Shown here: positions 24,069-35,500 of the stretch, piece by piece
How positions within the stretch are numbered: position 1 is the stretch's first letter
Layout: each line of letters opens with the position of its first letter
Assembly (NCBI RefSeq): GCF_013122565.1
Contig: NZ_CP053258.1
Reading direction: 5' to 3' (one strand)
Origin: Escherichia coli
Lineage (GTDB): Bacteria > Pseudomonadota > Gammaproteobacteria > Enterobacterales > Enterobacteriaceae
DNA length: 64,000 bases
Position numbers and translations under genes: made by a program
Notes under the pieces: model-generated
Databases searched by the model: none
Told to the model about the DNA's origin: nothing
What the model saw: the letters and a program-made list of their open reading frames with translations, nothing else

Positions 24069-26183
24069 TCAGTCAGCCACTAATAGCGGGCTAGGGATAC
24101 CAGATGATGAAACAAACAGCCCTTTTACGGCACGGGTTGCAGCCACATGCAGTAACGCGCGCTCATTAAATAATGCATCACGCTGTTCAACGGGATCATC
24201 GGATGCTAATGCTTTTATTTCCGGCACAACGCCTTCGTTAATTCCCACCAGGAACACATACTGGAACTCAAGCCCTTTAATACGGTGCATCGTTGCAACC
24301 CGCACGCCAGGGCGTGCATCGCTGTCACCGCTATCATTGCCTAAATTAAATGTCTCAATTCCGGCGTCATTCAGTGCTGATGCGTAGCGGTCACAAGCAT
24401 GTTTAGTACGCGCAGTAATGCAGATATCCTGAGAACGAACCTGATTCGCCAGCAATGCCTGAATTTGCTTGACGAGCGTTGCAGCCTCTTCTTTGAAATC
24501 TGCCGCATGCGTAATCATGGGCTTTTCCCCGTGCAGTAATGACAAATAATCATTACTGGTATCCGCTTCGCCATCGAGGTTATCAACCTTCACACCAGTT
24601 AACAGCCCAACAGCAAATTGACGCGTCTCTTCTGTGGTCCGATAGTTAATCTTCAATTTTTTACTGCGACGACCACGGACGTTAATACCACACTGACCAA
24701 GAACGACCTTATTGCGATAAATACGCTGATGCCCATCCCCGACAATAAACAGATCGTTGGGCGACTCGGGAACCAGGCTGCGAATAAGAGTAAATGCCGG
24801 GGCACCGATATCTTGAGCTTCATCGACCACAATACTGCTATAAGGTAGTTGAACCTGTTTTTCTTTAAACAGAACAATAGCCTCATGCATGGCATCGCCC
24901 ATTTCGCGCAGTTTGGCACGCGCCATTTGTGCTCTGAATTCTTCAAAGACTGGCCAGATTTTCGCCCGTTGAATACGGGATAACGCTGTACCACGTCCAA
25001 CCCGGCTGACTTTGAGGTATTCCTCCCGGGTGTAAACCGCATTTGGCTGGACAACGCGTTGCCACTCTTCAGCATAGAAATTGTCAGGTAGCCCCAGTTC
25101 GGCAGGTGCCTGCTGCAAGGCATAGTTCCAGCATTTGCGTCGCCCTTCATCGCTGTCGTATACCACGCGGAAATCATAACCGTGGCGTTTTAGTTGGTCG
25201 CTCATCCAGGCATCAATGTTAACGACGTCAATACGCGCCATCTCTTCTCGCGTACACAACCGCTGGAGATTAGCGCGAATATCTGCCGCCAGGTTACGCG
25301 TAAATGTCGTGAAAAGTACCTTCTTACCGGGTTTATCTGCCAGACGCTGAGATAACCACCGCGCACGGTGCATCGCAACAACCGTTTTCCCTGTACCTGC
25401 ACCACCCAGTACTCGTACCGGACCATTAGCGGGCGACTCCACCAGTTTTCGCTGGCTCGGATGCAGAAATACACGCCATTTTTCTAAAGGCGCATTAAGC
25501 ATCTGCAACAGCTCCTGTTCATTTTCAACGACATGGAAGCGACGTTTACTTCGTTCAATCGCCTCCATAAAGTCGTTGGTATCAACAGGCTCATCACGAT
25601 GATCGTTAAACTCTTCCAGCACTTCCTGGTAATCCAGCCCTTCTGCCAGCCAGTGCAGAGGTTCCCAGGCTTCTGCTGGCATTATGCTTTCAAGTTGATT
25701 AAGCCCGGCTTCATCGGTAAGCGCCATCACCTGATCAATAAAGACAGGCGGCACACCCAGGGCCAGAATCTGTTCCGCGCTGTAAGCTGCGAAGAGTTTC
25801 GGTTTATCAACCACCGTTTCCGCTGCCGGTTTGATATAGCTAATATCAATGACCTGAATCGCGCCGGTAACCGGGTGAATCGAACAATCATGCCGCCGCG
25901 CCCAGTCGTATGCTTCGTCGTGTTTATCCACCCACATCAGCATATACAGGGCACCCTGTTCAGGTTTCAGAACAATGCCGCGATAAGTTTGATCGATTCG
26001 CACCGAATGGACATTTTTACTGCGCGCATCGTGGATCTTTTCATAGTTAAGTCCATTACTGGTCGGGTCCTGACGGAATTTGGAGATGAATTCCTGCACC
26101 TTTTTTTGCTGTGCTTTTGGGATCCGCGCGAATGCGCCCAGAAAACCATCAGAAAGTGCCACCTTGGGCGTTTGCACCGTCAT
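24069..26183 (-). CDS. UvrD/Rep-type SF1 helicase with an uncharacterized ~200-aa N-terminal domain
   Basis: 704 aa; Walker A VLGGAGTGKTVVAMHRA, motif II IVVDEAQD, C-terminal VATMHRIKGLEFQYVFLVG; ATGA overlap with the upstream gene. Confidence 0.8.
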   Translation of the reverse strand: MTVQTPKVALSDGFLGAFARIPKAQQKKVQEFISKFRQDPTSNGLNYEKIHDARSKNVHSVRIDQTYRGIVLKPEQGALYMLMWVDKHDEAYDWARRHDCSIHPVTGAIQVIDISYIKPAAETVVDKPKLFAAYSAEQILALGVPPVFIDQVMALTDEAGLNQLESIMPAEAWEPLHWLAEGLDYQEVLEEFNDHRDEPVDTNDFMEAIERSKRRFHVVENEQELLQMLNAPLEKWRVFLHPSQRKLVESPANGPVRVLGGAGTGKTVVAMHRARWLSQRLADKPGKKVLFTTFTRNLAADIRANLQRLCTREEMARIDVVNIDAWMSDQLKRHGYDFRVVYDSDEGRRKCWNYALQQAPAELGLPDNFYAEEWQRVVQPNAVYTREEYLKVSRVGRGTALSRIQRAKIWPVFEEFRAQMARAKLREMGDAMHEAIVLFKEKQVQLPYSSIVVDEAQDIGAPAFTLIRSLVPESPNDLFIVGDGHQRIYRNKVVLGQCGINVRGRRSKKLKINYRTTEETRQFAVGLLTGVKVDNLDGEADTSNDYLSLLHGEKPMITHAADFKEEAATLVKQIQALLANQVRSQDICITARTKHACDRYASALNDAGIETFNLGNDSGDSDARPGVRVATMHRIKGLEFQYVFLVGINEGVVPEIKALASDDPVEQRDALFNERALLHVAATRAVKGLFVSSSGIPSPLLVAD

Positions 26184-29100
26184 TTGTCACCTCCGGACAG
26201 ATGTTGCAATGTATTTTCGTCAATTGGCCCGAATGCAACGTGCCAACCTCTGGTTGTGAATAATGGAATAAATTCTTGATTATCAATAATCAATGCCCAT
26301 TTTTGTGATGGCCAGGCGAGATCGGCTTCTGCAATAATTTCACCCTCATCATTTTGCAATTCGTAGCCGAGAGTCGGCGCAGAGAGAGAATGAGACTGAA
26401 GCAACGCGATCTCTTCAGCGCTTAATAAGCCAAACTCAATAATCTCAGCCCAACTTTCATCAGTCTCTGGTACTGCCTCTGGCGTTGCCGAAACTTTAGT
26501 GTCAACGCTTTCCTGCGGTAAATGCACGGCTTTACGGCTGGTAAAGGTCATATCCGGCAGGAACTGTAACAGGTTTACCAGTCGCCAGAAGCCATTGAGT
26601 CCCGCTTCATAACCGTCATCCTGCGTATAGCGATCGTCAAAACAGATATGCAAACGCAGCCAGCTGCGCATTTGTGCGACGCTGGTCGTCGGTTTAATGG
26701 CTTGTTGTGGTAACACCGAAGCCAGTTCAATAAATTGCTGCGATGAGTTACAGCTATCGAGTAAACCACCAAAGACAAACGGTTCGTCTGGCAAAAGCTC
26801 TGCTAGCCGCCAGGCTGGCGCGTTTTCCTGCATTTCATAGGCATACTTTTGTTTCGTTCCCGCGTCCTGTGACTTCTTCACATCCAACCACACCCAGGCA
26901 TGTGCAGCAGCCATTCTCTGCCATAACTGCGTTCTTCCGCCCGGATCGGCGAGATAATCCAGCAGCAGTGCAAAACTGTTACGTTCCCGGAACGACGCTT
27001 CAAGGGCCGCAAAGTTGGTATCGTGAAACAGGTTATAAAACTTAGGCTGTTTCATATCCGGGTTATGCCCAAGTCCCAGGACATCCTGAACATGTTTAAG
27101 CCCAGGCTCTTTGAGATCGGCCCACGTGACTGTCCACACCCAGAAATTACCGCTATCCCGAATCGCCTGGCGTTTTTGCACATCCTCTGCGACGCTATTT
27201 TTGTGGAACGCAAAGCCATCAAGGAAAATAGCCACCGGTTTAATGGCATCAGACTGCATAAGCGGATATAGCACGTAATCCGGGCGACAAGGGATCCCCA
27301 CCGCCTCTTTAGCGCCTAAATCCACCTGAGCTTTAAGATGCCAGCTCATCATCGGTTCGCTGCGGGTGTTAATAATCCACCCAGCGCCCTGATGCGCGTA
27401 ACTGCGACTGACAATCAGGTTTTTATTTTCTTGCAGGCAGCTAATAAACCGTTTTTCCAGCTCACTGCCCATCATGGCTTCGAGGGAAATGTTTTTGATG
27501 GAATCAATTACCCGTATCGAATCTCTTGCCTGCAAAATTTTCGCCAGCAAGAGACGCGCCTGATCGCGGGAGACATACTTCATGCGCCCACGGTCACGGT
27601 AAGCGTAAACGCAACGATAACAACCATCTTTATGCGTATCATTGTTGCAACTGCATTCCACTATTGCCTGATAGGCCAGTTCAAGTAATTTCAGCAAATT
27701 GTCGGGAGTGCGCATCAGCTCTTTAAGAGAACCAGTTCCCCCCGGGACGGTATCGTAAATCACCAGATACTGCCGCCAGGATTCGCCTTCATTTTCCGGC
27801 TCGCGGTACACAACGCCTTTCAGGTGATCGACATTCCCCTTGAAGTAATGCTTAAGGCCGAGCTGGATCGCCGCCCCAAGAGAAGCCTCCACGACACGGT
27901 CATTACTGTAACTGCTTACCGGGAGCAGAATACGCAACGCTTCTGACTCCAGCTGGCGATAGAGGTAGAGATAATCTTCGAACTTCGCCTTTTCCGGTTC
28001 CGTGCGATATTTGCAGCTCAAATCATGACGTGGTTCATGATCGCGAGGACGCTGCACCATGCCGCACCCGAGGCAAACTTTAAACCCGGTTCGCTTCTTC
28101 GCTTCTCCGGCAATCATCAACTCATTGGCATCATCCGCCATTTTGCCGAAGTTGATATCCCGCAGGGTGACTTTGCTTAAAAATTCAAAACCAAACGGAA
28201 CTTCGCCTTCCTCAATCGCGTATGCCGCCGATACATCTTCTTTTTCGAAACTAACCAATAGCTGACGCTGGAAGAAAGCAGGTTCACGGCTGTCGCTCTC
28301 GTCGCTGATCTGGCTATCACGTGCGCTGGCGCGGGCATAAACCTGGCGAAGTTTCAGCAGCGTGGTTTTTTGTCCGGCATCGGCCCACCCCGGTGTGCCA
28401 CATTTCGGGCAATATTTATGCTGGTCGCCCGTCTGGTCGATATTTTCGCTGTAGTTACAGTGGCTACAGATACGCCAGTTCTCCGGCTCAGAGACCTTCA
28501 GGTCTATCTGCTCAATTTCAACTTTATGCCCACCGGCATAGAAATTATTCAGCGGAGCCAGCTCAGCCAGCGCCGTTGATGCCGGGCGTTCATATTCGAA
28601 AGTGGTGTTTTGATATTCACGCGCTTCCCCGCCTTCTTTACGCCGCCAGAGCACAGAACGTAACGTAATACCGGCTTCCGGGAAGGCGTAGTTAGGCAGC
28701 AGCCCTTCATCCGTGAGGAAATTCAGCGTTTGCTTATTGTTGATTTGATTGACCAGCGCCATCAGCGCCTGTCGTTCTGAAGTTAACTCGCGCATATCGC
28801 TATCAAAGTTTTGATCGCGCGGCGCGTTCTCCAGTTTATCGATACTGCGCTTGAGCTTATCGATGCGTGAGCGCAAAGATTTGCGATCTTCCACCAGCAG
28901 TTTTAACGCTTCTTCGATACGCTGCACCAGCGAGCGTTGTCCTGGCGCGCCCTGAAGATAAGACAACAGCTGTTGGCGAGTTTCTGCGGCAAGATCGGGG
29001 AAGATCGCCGTAAATTGTGCAGCAATCTCCGCATGATGCTGTTCGATATATCGCAGTAAGTTATACGGAAAACCCGATTTACGCCCGAACTCCAGCTCAT

Positions 29101-32100
29101 CCAGCATCTGTTTGACGTTTTTACAGATAGCGGATTCTGGTACACCGGTTTTCACCCAGTTATCCATACAAAAAGCTGCCAGCTGGCGTTCGAGAATAGC
29201 CGTTGCATTGAGGAAGACGCCAGGAGCCTGCACCTGGCCCTGCATCATCTCCAGCGGTTCTTCAAAGAAAAACTGATCGTGCGGGTTCCCTTCTGCCACG
29301 GTAATGTTTAACGCGTTACCATCTTTACGACCGGCGCGACCAATACGTTGCAAGTAGTTGGCCTGAGCAGGTGGGACAGAACAGAGTAAAACGGTGGAAA
29401 GATCCCCAACGTCAATACCCATCTCCAGCGTCGGTGTTGCCGACAACAGGTTGATATTCCACGGTTGGTTGCCGCGGTAGAACGATTTTTCGGTGGCTTC
29501 GCGATCTTCACGGCTAAGCAGCCCCGTGTGTTCTGCGCCCTGCACGCGCGCGATGTCCATGTTCTCCCAACGCCAGGTCGCCATATTGTCGACTTCCTGG
29601 TAACGACCTTCACAACGTAAAGAGAGACAAGGCGCATTACGCCACTGCCAGCCTTGATCGGCCGGAGCCCGGACAACCTCACGGCAACATGAGCAATTAA
29701 GCTGAACGACGTCACGGCTCACCACCAGCGCCGAAGGCACCAGTCCCCAGGCTTCACGCCCTTTGGTGTCAAAATCTTTTACTACTCCGGCTATTTTCAA
29801 CGCCGTAAACAGGCGTCGTAACACCGTTTCCGCAACGCTACTGATAAACAGATTATTGCCGTTACTCAGCGTGCGATTGATCCAATGCTGATACCAACTG
29901 GGGTTAGACTTCGCGCCAATCAGGCGATGGAAACCATTAATTTTTTCAAACGACGCATAAGCCGGTTTACGCGTTTTCGGACCGATAGAAGGCATATAGC
30001 GCGAGGTACGCTCTTTTTGCGTCATCATAAAGGTCGTGCCATCACGGCGATAACTTTCGAACGCCGGATGCATAACGGCCCCGGCCTGGCGTTGATACCA
30101 GATAACCCCCAGCGCCAGGTGCGCTACCTGCTCGACGCTCACACCGGACATCTCATCACCCAGCTCTTCACAAAGCTGTTGATGCAGGGCGGTAATTGCC
30201 GGATTAAAGCGTTCTTTATCCACTCCGGCAACGGCATAACCGGTGGCTTCCAGCGTACGTCCGATACGCGCGCGCAGGGTAAATTCGCTGTACACCTCCC
30301 AGTCGAGGCGCAGGGAAACCAGCTCCGGCAGATCGGAGTTCTCCGCCAGTTTGCCTTCATTTTTCAGCGTCTGATAATCATTCAGCCACTGCATATTTGG
30401 TGCGATGAAGTTCGCTGCAAAATGAGCATCGTCCGGTGAACGTTCACGCGTTTGTTGGCAAACACGCGCCGCGAACGCATCCAGCGGTAATGTCTCTTTT
30501 TCGCCAAGAACACTGGCGATTTGCCCACGAATCATCAGCGGCCAGGTACGGGCAGTAAAGAAGCTGGCACGATGCGCGGCGTCTTGTACCGAGTCAGAAA
30601 ACGTAATCAGCTTTTTATGTTCGTTGAACTGGCTGCCATAAAGCTGGTGAATCATCACCGCCGACAAACTAGCAGCCCGTGACCCCAGGATCGAAATCCC
30701 CTGTTTGCTGTTGCAGTACGGGCATTCATTAGCAAACTCCAGCTCGTCCTTACGCTCTTTGAGCATATCCGGGATCAGTACCTGCAACAGTTCCGTATGA
30801 CCGCAATATCCACACTGGACGCTGGACTGTCGGTTCAGTTTCAGACAGGTAGGGCATAGTTTCTGGTGTGCGCCACTGACCGCTTTTTCGTTGTTATCCG
30901 GGAAAGCAAGGACGATGGAGCGCCCTTTTTCAAAGAACTGGCGATAAATGCCGTCGAGGTCTGTTTCCAGCTGAACGCTTTGCCCATGACGCAGGCTGGC
31001 CCAGCCGGTTGCATGGCAGTCACGGCAGTGGATAACCGGCAAATAGTGTTCGCGATCTTCCACCGCCACATCATCGGCAAACACCAGTCTCGGCGTTTTC
31101 GCCACGCTGGCGACCAGACGACGCATCTCACGAAGCCACAACTGGGAACGCAGTTGCACAAACGGCAACACCGGGCGCGCTTTCTTCGCCTGGAGACGTT
31201 TTTGCCGATCGTGGTCCGTTTCCGGTACTTCGAGACGTGCCTGCGCGATCAGCGCCAGAATGCTTTGCAGCACGCTTCGGGCATGGTCGGCGCTTTCTGC
31301 CAGCATGACCTGGAGATTTTCCAGACACTCTCGTTCAGAGAGGATACCGCCTTGCAGATCATGGAGTAAGACATGCATCACGCTGTGGCGGCGTAACAGT
31401 GACCCCAGCGCAATACGCTTTTCACGCCCGTCGTCGCTCTCCAGATCGTCCGGAAGCTGCAAGTCGCTGTCGGGGAACCACAAAGGAATTTGCCCGTTGA
31501 GATACGCCACCGGGGTAGCGTAACTCTGCGGGTCCAGGGCCGAAGCGACCTCCGGCCCCGGATACTGACTGTACGCAATGGCGTAATCCTGCAAGTACTC
31601 CGCTGCCGTGTAGCGATCTTCGCGAATAACGGCGTCATCGGTAAACGGCTGGTCAAAGATTGTTTTTGCGTAATCGAGCAGTTGCCCCAGTTCGTCGCCG
31701 ACGGTAGCTGATGTCCCGACGCAGGCGAATCGTTGGTTATCCACACCTATGTGATGCTTCAGACGTCGCACCAGACAGGCCAGATCCGACCCCTGCGCGC
31801 CATCAAACGTATGCAATTCATCCACGACCAGGTAACGCAATGAACCGGGCTGGTTGTAACGCCAGAGCGGCTGATCGCCAGGGCGCATCAGCAGGTAGTC
31901 GAGCATTTTGTAGTTGGTCAACAGGATGTCCGGCGGGCTTTCGCGCAGCGTGTGCTTGCAGGTAATGACCTTTTCTGCCGACATTTTTTTGCTGGGTTCG
32001 ATTTCGCTGTCGCCGACAAACAGGCCGACGGTCACCTTGCCATGCAGTTGTGGATCGCTGGCGATGGTTTTGGCGAAACGGCTGGCCTGATCGGTTGCCA

Positions 32101-32521
32101 GGGCGTTCATCGGGTAGATGATAATCGCTTTAACCCCGGCTTGTGACGCGCCCGCGCAGTGGTTGAGCAGCGGGAACATAAAGCATTCTGTTTTACCGGA
32201 GCCGGTACCGGTAGCGACCAGCGTCGGCTGTGGCGCGTCGCTTCCCAGACGCTGAAATGCCCGGGCCTGATGCGCGTGCGGCGGGAACGGCAGCGTCAGA
32301 TTAGGGAAGAAATTCAGCGGTAAGTCACTTTTACGAAACGGCAACTGGGCGGAAAGGTATGGTCCTTTCAGCAGCGTTTCGGGCTGGGCCAGAAATTGCT
32401 CCAGCATTGAGACATTATCGTTATTCTCACCGTTAAACAGCGGGCTGTTTAGCGGGAACGCCGCCCGTAAAAAGGCGGCAACGCTGTCGGCGACCTGCCG
32501 ACTGACAACGGACGGCAACAT
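26180..32521 (-). CDS. giant helicase with C-terminal Cys-rich Zn-ribbon region (DUF1998-like); fused DrmA/DrmB-like, DruE-like
   Basis: 2113 aa; Walker A GTGSGKTECF, DEAH-type motif II VVDELH, helicase C region (QRIGRAGRKDG), several CxxC pairs (CSHCN...CPKCG, CLGCG, CYRCVYAY); 1-nt stop/start overlap with the methyltransferase gene. Confidence 0.8.
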   Translation of the reverse strand: MLPSVVSRQVADSVAAFLRAAFPLNSPLFNGENNDNVSMLEQFLAQPETLLKGPYLSAQLPFRKSDLPLNFFPNLTLPFPPHAHQARAFQRLGSDAPQPTLVATGTGSGKTECFMFPLLNHCAGASQAGVKAIIIYPMNALATDQASRFAKTIASDPQLHGKVTVGLFVGDSEIEPSKKMSAEKVITCKHTLRESPPDILLTNYKMLDYLLMRPGDQPLWRYNQPGSLRYLVVDELHTFDGAQGSDLACLVRRLKHHIGVDNQRFACVGTSATVGDELGQLLDYAKTIFDQPFTDDAVIREDRYTAAEYLQDYAIAYSQYPGPEVASALDPQSYATPVAYLNGQIPLWFPDSDLQLPDDLESDDGREKRIALGSLLRRHSVMHVLLHDLQGGILSERECLENLQVMLAESADHARSVLQSILALIAQARLEVPETDHDRQKRLQAKKARPVLPFVQLRSQLWLREMRRLVASVAKTPRLVFADDVAVEDREHYLPVIHCRDCHATGWASLRHGQSVQLETDLDGIYRQFFEKGRSIVLAFPDNNEKAVSGAHQKLCPTCLKLNRQSSVQCGYCGHTELLQVLIPDMLKERKDELEFANECPYCNSKQGISILGSRAASLSAVMIHQLYGSQFNEHKKLITFSDSVQDAAHRASFFTARTWPLMIRGQIASVLGEKETLPLDAFAARVCQQTRERSPDDAHFAANFIAPNMQWLNDYQTLKNEGKLAENSDLPELVSLRLDWEVYSEFTLRARIGRTLEATGYAVAGVDKERFNPAITALHQQLCEELGDEMSGVSVEQVAHLALGVIWYQRQAGAVMHPAFESYRRDGTTFMMTQKERTSRYMPSIGPKTRKPAYASFEKINGFHRLIGAKSNPSWYQHWINRTLSNGNNLFISSVAETVLRRLFTALKIAGVVKDFDTKGREAWGLVPSALVVSRDVVQLNCSCCREVVRAPADQGWQWRNAPCLSLRCEGRYQEVDNMATWRWENMDIARVQGAEHTGLLSREDREATEKSFYRGNQPWNINLLSATPTLEMGIDVGDLSTVLLCSVPPAQANYLQRIGRAGRKDGNALNITVAEGNPHDQFFFEEPLEMMQGQVQAPGVFLNATAILERQLAAFCMDNWVKTGVPESAICKNVKQMLDELEFGRKSGFPYNLLRYIEQHHAEIAAQFTAIFPDLAAETRQQLLSYLQGAPGQRSLVQRIEEALKLLVEDRKSLRSRIDKLKRSIDKLENAPRDQNFDSDMRELTSERQALMALVNQINNKQTLNFLTDEGLLPNYAFPEAGITLRSVLWRRKEGGEAREYQNTTFEYERPASTALAELAPLNNFYAGGHKVEIEQIDLKVSEPENWRICSHCNYSENIDQTGDQHKYCPKCGTPGWADAGQKTTLLKLRQVYARASARDSQISDESDSREPAFFQRQLLVSFEKEDVSAAYAIEEGEVPFGFEFLSKVTLRDINFGKMADDANELMIAGEAKKRTGFKVCLGCGMVQRPRDHEPRHDLSCKYRTEPEKAKFEDYLYLYRQLESEALRILLPVSSYSNDRVVEASLGAAIQLGLKHYFKGNVDHLKGVVYREPENEGESWRQYLVIYDTVPGGTGSLKELMRTPDNLLKLLELAYQAIVECSCNNDTHKDGCYRCVYAYRDRGRMKYVSRDQARLLLAKILQARDSIRVIDSIKNISLEAMMGSELEKRFISCLQENKNLIVSRSYAHQGAGWIINTRSEPMMSWHLKAQVDLGAKEAVGIPCRPDYVLYPLMQSDAIKPVAIFLDGFAFHKNSVAEDVQKRQAIRDSGNFWVWTVTWADLKEPGLKHVQDVLGLGHNPDMKQPKFYNLFHDTNFAALEASFRERNSFALLLDYLADPGGRTQLWQRMAAAHAWVWLDVKKSQDAGTKQKYAYEMQENAPAWRLAELLPDEPFVFGGLLDSCNSSQQFIELASVLPQQAIKPTTSVAQMRSWLRLHICFDDRYTQDDGYEAGLNGFWRLVNLLQFLPDMTFTSRKAVHLPQESVDTKVSATPEAVPETDESWAEIIEFGLLSAEEIALLQSHSLSAPTLGYELQNDEGEIIAEADLAWPSQKWALIIDNQEFIPLFTTRGWHVAFGPIDENTLQHLSGGDK

Positions 32522-35500
32522 CAGGCGCTCTCCTTATCTTGTGCAAAGAACGCCCAGGCCACTTTGTAGTCGTCTTCGCGATCCGGCTTGATAAACGGTG
32601 CCTGCCAGGTGACGGTACGGCGCTCGCCTTCGTCGCTGCGGGTATAGTCATCAAAGGTGACGCTGACGGTACCAGTTTTAAGATGTTTGACATCATCCCA
32701 GCCGATGGCTTGATCGGTGCAGTCACCGCCGGTCCACTCCGGGCTGTCGACGTTAAAGACAAAGCCGTTTTTCAGGTCAGCTTTACGCGCGGTACGCGGC
32801 AGACCGACGCCCACCAGCCCTTTGCTTGGGGTAAAGATGATGCGGCCGTTTTGGTCGTACCAGGTGTCCGCTTCGTACTGACGCATCACCGGGAACTGAA
32901 CGCGATAAATGGTAAGCAGTTCTTCGAGGGTTAACCCCAGCGCCTGCGCCACCAGTACGTCGATTTCCACCAGCGCCTGACGACGACTGTAGTCAGAGCG
33001 TAAGGCGCAGTTACGCTGCCACTCTGGGGTCAGATTGGTGAAGAAATCCTGGGGGAGCTGCGGGAGATCGCGGCTCCAACGCTGGGTGTTGAAATCTGGG
33101 GTGTAGCAGGATTGCCAGAGATCGGCATAACTTCTCACTAGCGATACAAGGCATAGAGCCCGACTATGTAGTGCTGTACGATAAGCATCATTTGTAAGTA
33201 CTGGCAGTTGGTTAATAAGAGAGGTATTGGCATGCCCCATACCCGTACTTTTCACACGATAATCCAACGGTACAGAAAGAGTCATCGAAAAATAGTCAAG
33301 CAATAATTGAGTATCTTTAAACGCCGTTCCAAGACAAGTATTTATATGGCTCACACCTGGTGGCACAATTGTTGTAATTAATGTTCTTTCAGATGATGGA
33401 CCTATCATTTCACGATTAACAAAACGATAATAGTCCGTCACCTTCCTCGGCTCGTCTTCATCCTGCTCTTTCCACGAAACCCGTGGGGTGCGCTTTGCAT
33501 ACTCCTGTGCATCACAGGCTGGAATATAGTTAGTGCGCGGCAAATAGTCGTCGGGCAGAGTTAGCAAGTCCAGGCAGTCATAATGTCCTTTCTCTGTGCA
33601 AATTTCTCTCGGCGTTTTATAAAGCGGTGTTCCAACATAGAAGTGCGGACCAGACAAAATCCATTGGGATGCGTCTTCCGGGAATTGGGTATGCCGTTCG
33701 ATTGTGCCATCACTTTGTTGATTTGTTTCATGCCACATTTCAAGAGACAAATATTGCCCCTGCAAATCCCCCAGCCGTTTAGGTTGCTTAGCGAATTTTT
33801 CAAGTACAGAAACAAGCGGTTCAGCATGAAGCGCTGGGAGTCGAGCTTCAAGATCCGGCGTTCCCTCTTCATCATAAAGAGTGGCAAATAGTGCAAGCCG
33901 TTCCATTCCAACGGTCAAAATACGGCTTTGATGCCCCGCTTCATTCCAGGAACCTGTTTCGTCATCTTTAATGCCGCCAACTTCACCGGAACCATCATGC
34001 GCAAGACAAAGCTCGATCGTTTTGGCTGAGAAAAGGTTTGCAATATTGATAAAGCCGACAGATTGATTCGGTGAAGCCGTATAAATATTAATGCTGAATT
34101 TAACCCTGTGACCAATAGGGAAAAGCATATGCTGATTCTGAAACTGAAAATGTGCCCTCAGTCTCGGATACACTGCCGCACGAAGCTGCCCGCCTTTCGG
34201 GTCATCATAAATCCCTTCCGGGTGCAGGAAACCTGACACGCCTTTCTGCGCCCCTAAGCGCCAGGCCTGAGGCAGGAAGCATTTATACAAGTTGGTCTGC
34301 ACCCCGCGCAGTACCGGGTAGTTCTGCTGCGCATTGAGGAAGTTTTGCATCCCTTCACAGCCTTCATACTCGCTGCGCCAGGCCGCTTCCAGCGCCGGGA
34401 TCTGGTTGAAGGTATCAATACGCAACGTTGCCAGCTTCGATGCACTCAGCTTACGTAGCACAAATTCCGGCTCGTAATCACCCAGCACGCCCGCTTCCTG
34501 CCATTCCACTTTCAGCCACGGCGGGTTTCCGAGCATCAGGTCAAAACCGCCGCGCTCGGCAAACAGGTCGCAGAACTCCAGATCCCAGTGGAAGAAACGG
34601 TGCTGCTTTCTCAGGGCATCGACAATCGCCAGACGCGGTAAATGACGGAACAACACCTCAGTTTTCAGACGACCTGCGCCGGAAAACAGTGAAGACTCTT
34701 CTCGCAGCAGGCCTTCTTCGGCAAACAGATCACCAGTGGTGTGCTCCGCAACTTCAGTGACTTTTTCCGTAATTACAATCCCGTCGAGCAGGGTTTCAAT
34801 CTCAAACAACCAGGTGCCGCGATCCGGTAACTCATCGGCTTTGTCGATCGGCCAGAACCACAGCGCGCACCAGTAGTCCATTACCCAACGCAGCTTCTGG
34901 TAGGCGCTGTTATCTTCAAGACGACCACTGAAGGTTTCATCTTTACTGCTCAGCGAAGAACGCGTCTGCTCGCTGTTTTCTGCCGGCCACACCGGGTAGC
35001 TGTCGGCGGTTTTCAGACGTTCTGCTTTAAGTTGCTGGCGATAGGTGTTCCACAGTGCTTCCACCTTTTCGCTGATACGCTGCACATCAGCAATCTCATG
35101 CCCGGCAAAGCTTTTAATAAACTCTTTGCGCCAGCTGTCCAGCGCTTTGAAGTCATCCGGATAACGCTGCTTAACGGTTTTATCGCTGTAGTTAGCCATA
35201 CCGCCGTCGGGCAGCAGGAAGTGGAAAATCTGCGTCTCTTCACGCGGCGTGTTCATCGCCAGCTCGACCGGTTCGCTGTTAAGCCAGCTCGGATCTTTGG
35301 CTTTTTTGTAGGTCAGTTCGCTCTTGTTGAACACCTGACGGCGCGCGCCCACCAGCGAGTTACCGCAGTGCAACTGGTAACCAAACCACGGTACAAACGC
35401 ATCGCCACTAATGGCGTTCAGCCACAGTGACACTTCCGCCAGTTCCACCGCCACCGGGTTTAAGTCCACGCCGAAAACGTTGTTGTCGGCAATGTACATT

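Noticed and set aside
25533-26279. 248-aa plus-strand ORF
   Set aside because: Antisense to the UvrD-like helicase gene, whose helicase motifs make the minus-strand frame the real one
29885-30439. 184-aa plus-strand ORF and similar ORFs between 26.5 and 32.9 kb
   Set aside because: All embedded antisense in the 2113-aa helicase gene; no SD or motifs
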